Origin: Macrostomum lignano
Taxonomy: Eukaryota
Direction: 5' to 3'
Length of the DNA stretch: 60,269 bases
NCBI GenBank assembly: GCA_002269645.1
Contig: NIVC01004113.1
Location: 1-60,269 of the forward strand
Position 1 is the first letter of the stretch. Each line of letters opens with the position of its first letter. Below are positions 40,131-52,717 of the stretch, piece by piece. A program made the translations under genes and the position numbers. The notes under the pieces are model-generated. The model saw nothing but the letters and a program-made list of their open reading frames with translations. It ran no database searches and was not told where the DNA came from.

Positions 40131-43100
40131 CTACTGCACAGACATTTTCTTAGCCGGCTGTCTGTCTTCTGCCCCGCCGGCGGGCGTCTGCGACGGCCTC
40201 TTCCTGCCGCCGCGCACCATCGGCTTGGAGGTCATGGCGACTTCATCCGCGGCGACTTCATCCGCGGCGACTTCGTCGACAAGCGGCTGACCAGGTGACC
40301 AGTTGGCCAGGTAGTTGCCAGCGGCTGATGATGCGGCTGCTTCGCTGGCAGCTGAACTCTGCTGCTGCTGCTGCCGCTGCACCTGCAGCTGGCACTCCCG
40401 GTCCAGCAGCTGCCGAAGCTCCGAGAGCATTTTGTCATCCTTGAACCAGCGATGGGCGCACACCTGCCGCATGCTGAGCCGCCGATCTGTCTGCACAACC
40501 AGCATCCGCTTGATAAGATCGATAGCGGCAGGGTTCACGTTGCCCCAGTGCTCGGGCGGGAAGTTCACGTGACCGTCGCAGATCTGAGTCTGCAGATCAA
40601 AGTCTTTGCGTTCTTCAGTAAAGGGCGGATAGCCGGCAAGGCTGCGGGCGGCGTTTGGCAGTTCAGAGTTGCGGCGAGTGTGCGGAACAGCAATGGATCC
40701 CCGATTGTGGCATAGGGAACAGCAATGGATCCCCCGATTGTGGCATAGGGAACAGCAATGGATCCCCGATTGTGGCATAGGGAACAGCAATGGATCCCCG
40801 ATTGTGGCATAGGGAACAGCAATGGATCCCCGATTGTGGCATAGGGAACAGCAATGGATCCCCGATTGTGGCATAGGGAACAGCAATGGATCCCCGATTG
40901 TGGCATAGGGAACAGCAATGGATCCCCGATTGTGGCATAGGGAACAGCAATGGATCCCCGATTGTGGCATAGGGAACAGCAATGGATCCCCGATTGCGGC
41001 ATAGGGAACAGCAATGGATCCCCGATTGCGGCATAGGGAACAGCAATGGATCCCCGATTGTGGCATAGGGAACAGCAATGGATCCCCGATTGCGGCATAG
41101 GGAACAGCAATGGATCCCCGATTGTGGCATAGGGAACAGCGATGCATCCCCGATTGCGGCATAGGGAACAGCAATGGATCCCCGATTGCGGCATAGGGAA
41201 CAGCGATGCATCCCCAAAGTTAGCCAAAGGAATCCAGCCTTACCAGATGAAGAAAATGACACCCAGAGACCAGACGTCAACCTTGCTGGTGTAGGGCTGG
41301 CCATTGCTCTTCATGATCTCCGGGGCCAGGTAGCACTGGGTGCCGCAGAATGTCCGCAGCATGGTCTCGCTGGACACCAGCTTGGAGACGCCAAAGTCGG
41401 CCAATTTAACCAGCGTCTTGTTCTGGCCGGACTCCAGTAGTAGGAAATTCTCCGGCTATAGGTGGATAGGCGATTGAATTCGGTCAATGCTTTATCCTTT
41501 CTATAGAGTATAGGTAAACACAGGAATAGGTAGAAGGGCAGAAGAATTACCTTCAGGTCCCGGTGAGTTATGTCCTTATCGTGAAGATACTGTAATAAAG
41601 AAAAAGAACATGGTATGTGTTATTGAATGCGTAAATGAAACCTTATAAAATAAAAAATGCCATCGGTTTGTCTATTTTCGTTTCTGATATCCTAGTTTCT
41701 ATGCTTGTCTGCCTGTCTGTGTGATAGTGTATGTGTGTTTAGGTAGACTTTTCGTCGGTTGAACAGCCTCGTTAGCTGGACCTTTTGATTGCATGATGGA
41801 CCCTTTAGGTGGACCACCTCATTTTTTTCGGAAAGCACAGAAGAGGATTTAGCTTGACCAATTGCATAGTCGGAAAGACAGTCATCAGTGGTTCACGTCC
41901 TAATAAAAGTAGTTTGGATTTTAAGTTTGTTTTGGTTTACATGGACCTTGTACATCGTCCACCTAAACCACATTGCCGAGGTCCTCCTAACCTTTGCACG
42001 CTTGCTAGTAGCGTTTAGAGAACGTGTAGGGCAGCCAGCCATTGATTTGGAAAATTTACTAACCGCTCGTAACTTCGATTATCTTGTTGAAGCCACAATG
42101 AATTTTACGATGTTACGAATCGCTCGTAACTTTGATTATCTTGTTGAAGCCACAATGAATTTTAAGATGTTACGAATCGCTCGTAACTTTGATTATCTTG
42201 TTGAAGCCACAATGAATTTTAAGATGTTACGAATCGCTCGTAACTTTGATTATCTTGTTGAAGCCACAATGAATTTTAAGATGTTACGAATCGCTCGTAA
42301 CTTTGATTATCTTGTTGAAGCCACAATGAATTTTACGATGTTACGAATCGCTCGTAATGATGAATTTATGAGCAAGAAAAGCGAAGAGACATCTGATAGC
42401 TTTGAAACTCTATCGATTCCGCTTAAAATCGGCTTTAGCTTGAAGACGGCAGCCGAAGTCTACATGTTTTTGCCTTAAAAAGCGATTCATCATCAAAAGT
42501 CTAGGAAAGAAGAAACTTTTTTTAGAGTCTGGGTCTCTAAAAGCGAAAAGACTCTACCATCGCCCATCTAACTTTGAAGGAAAGAAAAGCTGAAAAAGCC
42601 TTTACTCTGCCCAGTAAGATCCTTACATGCTATTTAAAGCAGGCGTTGGCCCCGGCTGTAATCTATCCGTCGGAAACCTTCAAATTGACACTTAGACTGG
42701 GAAGCAAAAAAGTTTGATCAAGATGACGTCAATACTGAATCTCTACTCAGTGAGCTTAATTTGAAAATAAAAAACAATGTTCCTTCCGTATATGCGCGGC
42801 AAACGAGAAGAAAAATTGGTTCCTCTGCTCGTGCAACTAGAGGTGGCCACTATAATTAATAAGCTCATAAGCACCCACAATTCACCAACGGGCAACGAGT
42901 AAGTTTTTGGCATGCCCAATGGAATGCGATATCTATCACCGTTTGAAGCCATTACGCTCGTAAAAATGTCATTGTACAAGAGCTAGCGCTGTGTACGACC
43001 ACCTCCTGATGTGCAATCAATGTGCTAAAGTTAGAAATGCAGAGAAATTTGAAATTATCGATTGTAATCGCCAGAGTTTGAAGTTGTCTACTCTTGGGCT

Positions 43101-46100
43101 AACAAGGCGTTGTACATTAAACAGCTAAAGCCCACCATGAACATCCAACTTGGTGGTAGAGGGGCGAGTGTCCATCTAAGGGTGTTCTGACCCCATGCGC
43201 TTGCCTCTTATTTAGGGCCATCTAACTCGGTTACCCATTCTTACAATCTTTTGGCCTACTAGACTTTAAATAATTTACCATCTCTCTGAAAATATATTAT
43301 TGCCTTGCCTGAAGATGCCGAGTGTTCGGCGAAACATGTCGCGCGAAGATTGATTAATAAATTATAATTTCGTAATTTTGTAATTTCGTATTATCAAAGA
43401 TAATATGCGAATGTTCGCCTTTGCTTTCATTTTCCTGACTGAGCTAGCAAAAGTTGGAAAACGGATGCTTTCAATTGAATCAGGGAAGCTAGATCAGCTG
43501 AAAGGAAAGACACTGGAGGAAATCGAAGTTGTTGATATCGACGTTGACTTGGATGATTCAAATGAGGCTGAAATGGTTCCCAAGACAAAGAAGTCGGCGA
43601 AGTCTTCAAGCGAGAATGAAGAAATCAGCAACAAAACTGCGAGTAGCTTAGAAAGCGACCACTAGCAGCCGATTCTACCAGAGGCAAATCAAAGCGTTCG
43701 TTTCACAAAACTTCCGGAGCCGCATCAGAACATTATGACGAAAAGTAGACTTTCGGATCTACCTCTTTCTATGAAGCAATTAAAAGAACCAAATAGAAAT
43801 ATCAAGCCAACGACAAAGTCGCATCTTAATCCTCCATCTGATTCTATGAATGAATAACTCTTTTTGAGTTTTTGAGTGTTTGCCAAATTTCGAAGTGGCT
43901 GACGTAGTCTGGGTGATAAAGAGAGCAGCGGCCGACCCACTTCCTCAGCAAGCGAATAGAATTTTTCTGCCACTCGGGCCATGATTGAGGATGATGCCAG
44001 GTAACTACATGTGGCCTAGATAGAGACAGAAGTGGGCATATCATTGAGAACCATCCGCACGATCCTGCACTCCAGGTTCAACCTGAGCAAAATTTCTGCA
44101 TGCTTGGGTGCCTCATCACCTGACGGAGGAGCAAAAGGAGCCTCGAGTGGCTCGGTGCCGTGCCATGCGAGGAATATATCAATGCAGCTATTGTGGCTGC
44201 CACTGCTAACAAGGCTGCTGATGACGCTATTACTGCTTCCAATGTGGCTGCTACGGCGGCTAAGTTGACTGATTGGAGACTTGCAAGTGTACATGCGCAC
44301 TGTGATGTAATCGTACGACTGCCAGCCAATTACGCTGCGGCAGGCGCAGGCTAAATAGCCGAGCACGCGGCCAACTTCACAAGTGGGAAGCCGAGGCGGC
44401 AGATGCCGTTAAACAGCACGCAGCCGACTTGGTGCTACAGCACCCACCTTTGCTGGTCACAACACAGATTTACTTTCAACCAGTCTGTGCCGAGCAATTC
44501 GTCAGCCACGGCGCCTATTGGGCGCACCGCTTTAATCGGCTGGCACCTGTTCTTTACCGACAGCTTTGTTCGACGACCTCATTTGAGTGCGCAGACTACG
44601 TAGATCGCGCAACTGCCAATGCGCTAGTCGCAAATAAGTCTACTATTTAGCTATCATCATGACAATCAGGTCATCTGCAACGTGAACAATAGACTGGTAT
44701 TCAAAATAAAAAGTTGTAATTCGTACAGCCAACGCAACGCTGAGGCATGTATTTATTAGAAAATCACAAAAACGATCTAAAATCTGTGTTTACGTAGTAG
44801 AGATCTAAAGAATTAATCTACTGTTTATATACAGTGATTTTTTTATTCGTGGTCCGATTTCTTTACAAGCATAGCTAAATAGGCACATAATATCGCCACT
44901 CAATCACCAGCACGGCAAGGACGACAGTTCGCATGTGAACTAGTCGCTAAAAACCGCCTCAAGCGCAGCGGATATCCTATTGCGGAGGTAACCGCCTCCG
45001 CGCCGTCTGGGTGCCGGTTTGCGCGCATGGTTAGCCTCTATTTGGGTGACAGCGTCTTTTAAGACTGCTAGTAGGGGCGCAACAGCCTCGCCGGCCCGGG
45101 CGCGCCAAATTATCTCAACTACCCAGTGGCAAAGCCGAGCTCGGTCCGAGTTCGGACCGACGTCGGCTGGCCGACTTTAGCATGGCCGATCGAATGCCGA
45201 GTGGCCGACGTCGGCCCGAACTCGGGAGAACCTTGGGGTGCCGCGCCGTTAACCGATTAAAAGTTTTAATCAATTAAGCAGATTTTACCTACGATAATCA
45301 ATTCGATATGATTAGAAACGAACACCGCATAAATATAGATGAATAATTTACAACTGAAAAGCGACTCTTGCAATAAACAAAAACAACGCAATCATACAGC
45401 ACTTTTGATCCACCGAAGTGGTGCAATGTGCTTTTTACACATAATAATTGTGCTTTTACTGAATTAGTTTCCTCGTTGAGTAGGCAATTAGACTTGTATG
45501 GATTTATTCTCCTTCGAGACGACCATGAAGTCGTCTTCGAGGTACGAGGTAATAGGTACGGAAAATGCAAAGTACTGGATTTTAACAATTATATATATGA
45601 GTAATTTACCAGATGAAAGAAATAGCTTCGTTAGCAAAAATATAAATAAATGATTAACTGCTTTAGAATTTACTTAAGGCTTAATTATTGCTCCTTTTTT
45701 GCCATTCATTTGAATATATTGCTCCCGTGTGGGTCGACGTGGTACGTGGTGGTTTTTTAGTCAATTGTAATCAGTGCATGGCTCTTTTTAACGTGGCAAT
45801 TAATTTAGCTTCGTAGTTATTATTTTTATTACACGTTCTTCTTTGGAAGCATTTAGATGTTTCGGCAAAAATTCCAGAGACATACTTAGTCTTACAGTTG
45901 AAGTTGTAGCTAGTTGAAGTTGTATAACTACACACTGTAATGCAATGTAAACTTGCTTCTTTTTGGGTTTAATGGAGATTTTCTTACAGTTTATGAATAG
46001 GCGTATGAAATATGTTTTCATTAATAATAATTAGACATATTGCAATGGCAATTCACCAGCTATTTTCAGAATGGCCATCAAATAGTTATCTAGGAGTTAA

Positions 46101-49100
46101 AAGTAAATAAATATCTACAAAAATCATATTTTCATGATAAAATGTTGAAAAGTATAAGATTGCAATAGGAGTTACCATAACTGTAGGAATGATATCTAGC
46201 TTAGGTCATAAATCCTGTGATTTGAAAAGTCTAAAATAGCCTAAATAAAGCCAGGTTTTTAGGCTCCTATGATATTTTTATCCCTACTATATTTAGCTTC
46301 TTATTTTTTAATTTGTCTATGGCAATGCCATCATGAATTACATACAATCAGTTAATTTAAGGCATTGTTTATATACTATAGGCCAGAATATAATGCCAAT
46401 TGTGCATTTCATGGCAGGCAATTTAATGTAATTTTGCCAGATTTTTTACTTTTTTGAATAGATTCACAGCATTCATATTATACTATATTATTTTTCTAAT
46501 GACTTTTAGTATAACTATAGCATACTTATTTTACTATTATAGGTTTTTATTTATTTTTGCACTATAGACTAGATCTTGATGCTATTTTTATATACTAGGG
46601 CCCTATGCCATATTTAATATCAGTTTTGCACTGCAGGCCAGATTTGGGTATCATTTTTGTGTTTTTCCATTTATGCATTTGACTCCATTTTTTTTACTTT
46701 TTCATCATATGGCTTCATTTCTAACCCCTTGGTGTTCTAGATACAACACTCTGAGAAAATGGGGTGAGATTCTAAGCCTCCCCACAAGTGATGCAGAAGC
46801 AGCAGCACGACTCCCATGCTCATGACCACCGCATTGAGATGGGCAACGCAGTCGTTGCGAGGGACTTTGCTGCTGATGGCAGCTGGAAGCCTGTTGTTGT
46901 GACCGACTGCTCCAGGGCTGTGTCTCTCTTGCCAGTTTGACGATGGTCGAGAGGTCCATCGGCACATCGGCCTGTGGCAAAGCGGCCTGTGGCGCTTTCC
47001 AAAGTTGAGCGACCGCTATGTGCCGAGGTGCCTGACGATCAACCAGAGACCCCTGCGGAGACGCCTGGCCAGGCGCCAGAGTTGAGCTCTGCGGCGCCAC
47101 TTTGACGTTCGACCAGGGCAAGAGCTTAACCTGACCGGCTGCGCTACCAGTGACTATGGACTGTTCCTCTATGGACTGTGAACTGATTTGAGTCTTTTAT
47201 TACCGTTTTTATCCAACGCTTAATTTTTGTGGGGAGGAGTGTGGAGACTTGGCTGGGCAAATTGTTGTTTGTTTTGTTAGCTTGTTTTTACTCCGTGTTT
47301 TAAGGTGGTGTTTTACCAGTTTGCTGCGTGCTCCCTTCTGCGATATTTCGCTGTACATTCTTATGTACGCTCTGGATTCTGGCCGCTCTTGCTCTCCACC
47401 CTTGAGCCTCTTACACCCAATGTATCGTGCTCAATATTTACAATATAAATTGCAGTCCCTTTCCTCGTATCAAGCGTCTTGTTCTACAATCTAAAGTGAA
47501 GTCTTTACAGTTTATAATGTTAATAAATGCTCAACCAAATCCGTATCACAACCCTTAACTCAACCTCTGTTTTTAACTGTTTAGCTACTTTTTCTCTGTT
47601 TGTTTTCTTGCTTATTAGTTGAAAAGTTAATCTTGTATCATTATTAGCATTTGATAATACACTAGTGTGCTTGTGATGGATTTACTGTTGCGGTGTTCTT
47701 TTAACTCAATTATTTTAAGTTCTTCTAAATCGTCTTATTTCAAAATCATTTAATCCTGGACATGGTTGTTGGTTGTATATTTGTTGGGTCAGAGAACTGA
47801 GTCTGGTGGATATGTATCTAATTCCGAGGGGAAATCAATTAAACTAGTTATAATAGAGGCTCACCATAACTAGGCTCATATACATTACCACTGCAATGCC
47901 CTATTAACATGCTAGGATTGACATGGGACCTTTAACTCGATGGTTTCAATTCGTGTCATGTCGTTTTCCCATTCACCTTTTATTTTTCATGTAATACCGT
48001 ATTGTACATGTACAGTACAAGTCTATGGAAAGTGAAAGTGGCACCTACATGTAGTCAATCTGTAAGAAGCAATATAAGCTTTATAATAAGCTAAATAGAA
48101 AGTATAGTGCAAAGCTACTCGGCATTACCGCGGTCAGCCGACCTCGGCCCGAGGTCGTCGGCCCGAGCTAGAACCGCCGTCAACCCGCCGAGCTCGGCCC
48201 GATCTCGGTGGACCGAGCTCGGGCCGAGCTCGGCTTTGCCACTGGGTATTTATCGTATTAAATGCGTCGAAACATTAGCAAAACATTAGCAATTGGTATT
48301 TTTTACCCCAAGCACCGAATCCAATCCGAACACACACAACGATCCACGAAGTTCTTACAAGATGAATGATGAGTATTATATAGCTTTTTTTGAGGCGAAA
48401 TACCAATAACTATTCCCCGCCTGGACTTTGGCCCGGCATCTCCTCCGGTTTTCATCCGCTTCCATCCGATTTTTGTACAATTTGCGGACGAATAATCTTG
48501 ACCGGCTGAAATCGTCCGGTTTTTGTCCAGATTTTGTTACCGGACCAACAACCGGCATGGAAAGCAGAACAATTGTCCGCCCTACCGGGCGAAAGGCGGA
48601 CCATAAACCGGGCGAAAACCGACTTAACATCTCGACAGCCTGGCCCCCATACTACTCATAAATGAGTATTTAATATATAAATTATAAATACTCAGAGGAG
48701 TTATATAAGTAGCTTTAGAATTTGTAACGTAAAGCGCTTTTCCAAATGATTGGAAAATCACGCAACTTCCTTTTTGGTACTGTTTGGTACTGTAAATGTT
48801 TTTAGTTCCAATTAGACTGTTAACTCCTTAGTACATGAAGTATTGTGTACTGATTTTTGATGGTGAATTATGCAGCAAGGAAATGGGACGTGACCATATT
48901 TAAGTCGAGACGCGGACCACCGGTGCACGGAAGTACCACCCTAAAGGAAAGGAAAGGAGAACGACTCACTGCGTGAGCAGGTAAAAGTATCAATAGCTTC
49001 GAAGATGGAAAAATCTCTTTTACGGCAGTTCGAAACTGAGCAGCGCTAAACAGCCCAACTAAAGAGACAGGCCAGCGAGTGCAAAGCACTCTTATCTCAG

Positions 49101-52100
49101 GCCTCATTGGCGCTGTGTTCCACTCATGGCCGGAGGTATGGAGCGCACATCTCACCTTATCGACGGCCAATTATTAAATATTTCAAACGACACTAAGTCA
49201 CGCAAACGAATGTATTTTATCTTTGGCAAATAATAAAGTTATCTTTGAATCGTGATTCGATCAAATCAACTATCGTTCATTAGTCTATTTATGAGACTAT
49301 GACTATCTATGGCTCTATTACTGATGTAGAGCCAAAGCGAAGCCGAGGCCTTGAGAATATCATCCGAGGACTTTCTTTTCCATAGACATATTTGGAAAAA
49401 GGAGGAGAAAATATAGCATTTTGCAGTCAAGCCCGAACTGCGGGCATTCAAATTAGACGCTTGACCAGATCTCACTGCTGGCACAAATGCTATCTATGGC
49501 CTAGACAAAATCACACTGGTGGGCACTCAACCCAGACAAGGGGCATTCAAATTAGACAAGTTCTCAGGCGCATTGGCTGGGCAATTCAAGATCGTGTTGC
49601 GTCTGTTGTACACTGATGATCTCTTGACATCCAACATGTTGGCAATTTCAGCCACAGAGTCACCACGTTGGCATGCCCCAATAATGAGGTCACGCTTCTC
49701 TCTGGAAATTCTTGCATAGCGACGAATCGGATTGTCCATGGTCTTTCTCTCTGGCACACATAGACTTTCCGCTGCTTGTCTAATTTGAATGCCCGTTGTC
49801 CAAATTGAGTGCCCGTCAGTGTGTTTCAGTTTGTGCCACAGACATAAAGTTCTGCTTGACTTGGGGACGGATTCTGAAATTTGGCTCTTCCCTTCTTGTC
49901 TAATTTGAATGCCCGCAGTTCAAACCCGACTGCAAAATGCTATATTTAACCTACTGAAAGCAAAATACGCATCAATATCCAGTACAGTTAGTCTATGGCA
50001 CAAGCTATGTGACTGACTGGCTAAAGTGTTATAAATCGTCTACCTAGATGGAGCACTGAGCAGTCCATCCATTTGCATATATAATGGAACCATGGAAGAC
50101 GAATTAGATGTAGTGCTACGATATTTTTAAAGTAAAGAATCCGCTGCAACGAATCCTGCTGCTGGTAGTGATAGATTCGCTACGCTCTCGACTGACGAAA
50201 TACAAGGGAAGCTGGACGCTGCTATCCCACCAAATACGCGAAGGAAGGAACTATGGGCTGTAAGAATTTTTGACCAGTGGTTTGAGCAGCGACACAATCG
50301 AATTCTACATGGTGATACAACTGGCCTTCTCGTGTTGAAGGAGCGTCATGAATGGAACGCTTGCGATTGGAACTATCTATTAAAGATGTTCATTCTCGAG
50401 GTGCGAAAAGTCGATGGCACTAAATACAATTAATATTTATATTTACATCTAATATTTACATCTAATAGTATTAAAAATCCAGTAAATTTAGAATGGAGAC
50501 TTTTAGAGTATTTAGACCTTAAATATAATATAGACTTGTAAAACATTAGGTTTTAGACCAGTAAAGGTAAGTTTCAATCTAGTCTTAATCTCAGACTCTT
50601 AGTCTCAGTGGTCTATTCTTGTATATTAAACTTGTAGATTACAGTTGCAGTATAGGATTTACTTAGTTGTTAACTTGTTACTACTCTTAGCCTTTCACTC
50701 TAGCCTTTCACTTGGCTTTCACTCATTTCACTCAACGAAGAATTTAGTTGAATTATTAATTCAATGAATGAATGAGACTAAGTTCAATGTATTCAATGTA
50801 GCTTCAATGTAGCTTTTTTTATATGTTTTTTGAGGCCTACTACAAATGTTATTTCTAATTATATCAAATTTCAATCAAACTTTCAGCATGCCAAAAAAAA
50901 TAGATTGAAGTTACACCATTATGGCAGGTGTCCCTAAAGCCAGTGTTTGGAAGCTTTTTACTCAAATCATGATGTAAAAGCAAGATGTATTGTTTTTCAC
51001 ACAAAGCTTCAAACCAAGGGTGGCTCAACATCGAGTATGCGAGCACATCTGAAAATGTGCATTAAGTCCCTATTGATTCTCTGGCTATGGCCTCAGCTGA
51101 AAATATAAAATATTACACCACGTACAGGAGCAGGAACTAAGGCCACACCTGGAGCTCAACAAAAAAGACCTGCTGCTGAGCCTTTGACTTTTACCACAAG
51201 CCTGGAGTAACCAGCCTGAAAGTTCTCTTAAGCTCAGCTGCTCCTTCAAAGCAACCTAATAGTCGAATACATGACTCGAAAGCAAGAAGACGACAATGCT
51301 GTTTTTGCTCGAATGGTTGCCAAGAATGGTATCGCATTCCAACTATTCGTCACATTAGAAGACATTCGAACTAATTTCCATGCTCGAGGTTTCAAGGTCC
51401 CGGAGTCTTAGACCACACCAGCCATAATCTGGGTCTGCTGCGAGTTCAAGGATCTTTGAATGCCGAAGCTTGCTTGGGGTTGCTGGGTGAGCGTCTCAAC
51501 AATCTATATTTGAACAATAAATGAGATATTGTTGCATGCACAACTGATGCAGCTGCCATAATGGTGAAGTTCTGACGGCTGATCGGGTCGGAACAGCATC
51601 TTTGCTTCGCATATGGTGTTCATTTGGCTGTTTTTGATGTGTTGCATTGCCGTGCCACTACCTCGGAAAGCAAATTTGCAAAATTCTCTGTGGAGAATGA
51701 GCTGGATTCTGAGGATGCCGATGTAGCTACTCTGTGAGGATTCGAAAATGAGGAACCGGCTTCTGCAGTTGAACTTCCCCTGTGCACAATGACACACTCC
51801 AGACCTTTGCTAAAGCCAGTCATGGCTCGGAGCTGAATGTCCTACTCGATGTTCGGACTCGATGGAATTCCTAAATGATTCTACAGCCCGTACAGAACGC
51901 AATGCTCTAGTGTGATCTCGAATGACCATTTGATCATGACATTCAGCTCCTGAATGAGATAAGTCAGGCTCTAAATCCTATTGAGCTTGTTGTCAAAACT
52001 CTGTCTGCGTGACTGCAAAATTGTAACTACAACTGTTGGTCTTTCAGGGATTAGCGGAATAGGGGGCTGCCGCCTTACAGCTGTGTGACTTGCGAGCCCT

Positions 52101-52648
52101 CCAGCTAAGTCAAGAAAGTCAAAGTGCCTGCCAGTGTATCAACCCCAAGCCGCTCACCTTGACAGCTTGCGCCATCTGGTAGCACAGGAATTTGGCAGTC
52201 TCATTGTCGAATCCGCTCTGATTCGGCTGAGACGTAATTCGATCGAAAAGTTCGCCACCCTCCGCCCTGGTTGCGAAGATTTGGAAGGGGGATCATTTCG
52301 GGTCAAGCTCTATATTGCACTTTCTGGTTAGTCAGATTCGTATTAATCAATCAACCAAAGTAGCTAGAAGGCTTACAGTTCCAGGATGAGGAACACTCGA
52401 TCGTTTGAATCGAAAAATCGTTCGATTCGAACAATGTTCGGGTGGTTCAACTGCTGAAGGATGCTGACCTCCCGGCGGATGCTCATATCCGTCGTGAGTC
52501 CCGTGGGCAACGACATGCCTTTCTTGCTAATGATCTTCATTGCGTACCGGTGACAGGTGCCCGTTTCGAACACCAGCTTCACCTCGCCGAAGGCGCCGCT
52601 GAAATTTATTAGGAGAATGTCAACACTCCTTTTTATCTATCTACCTAC

Positions 52649-52717
<69 letters not shown>

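Larger units (their letters stand above)
41880..43665 (+). pseudogene. Degenerate tyrosine-recombinase (Crypton-like) element ORF, interrupted by a Penelope fragment
   Basis: Fragments FARLL..LENLLTARNFDYLVEA, LSIPLKIGFSLKTAA, MRGKREEKLVPLL..FGMP and ELAKVGKRMLSIESGKLDQLKGKTLEEI resemble animal YR-element proteins as I recall them; not verified by search. Confidence 0.6.

Noticed and set aside
46705-47121. 138-aa ORF as LINE ORF1/endonuclease junction (CxxCGGxH, LRVLYL..QGVRN)
   Set aside because: Motifs are too weak to call without a search; mentioned only as possible cargo
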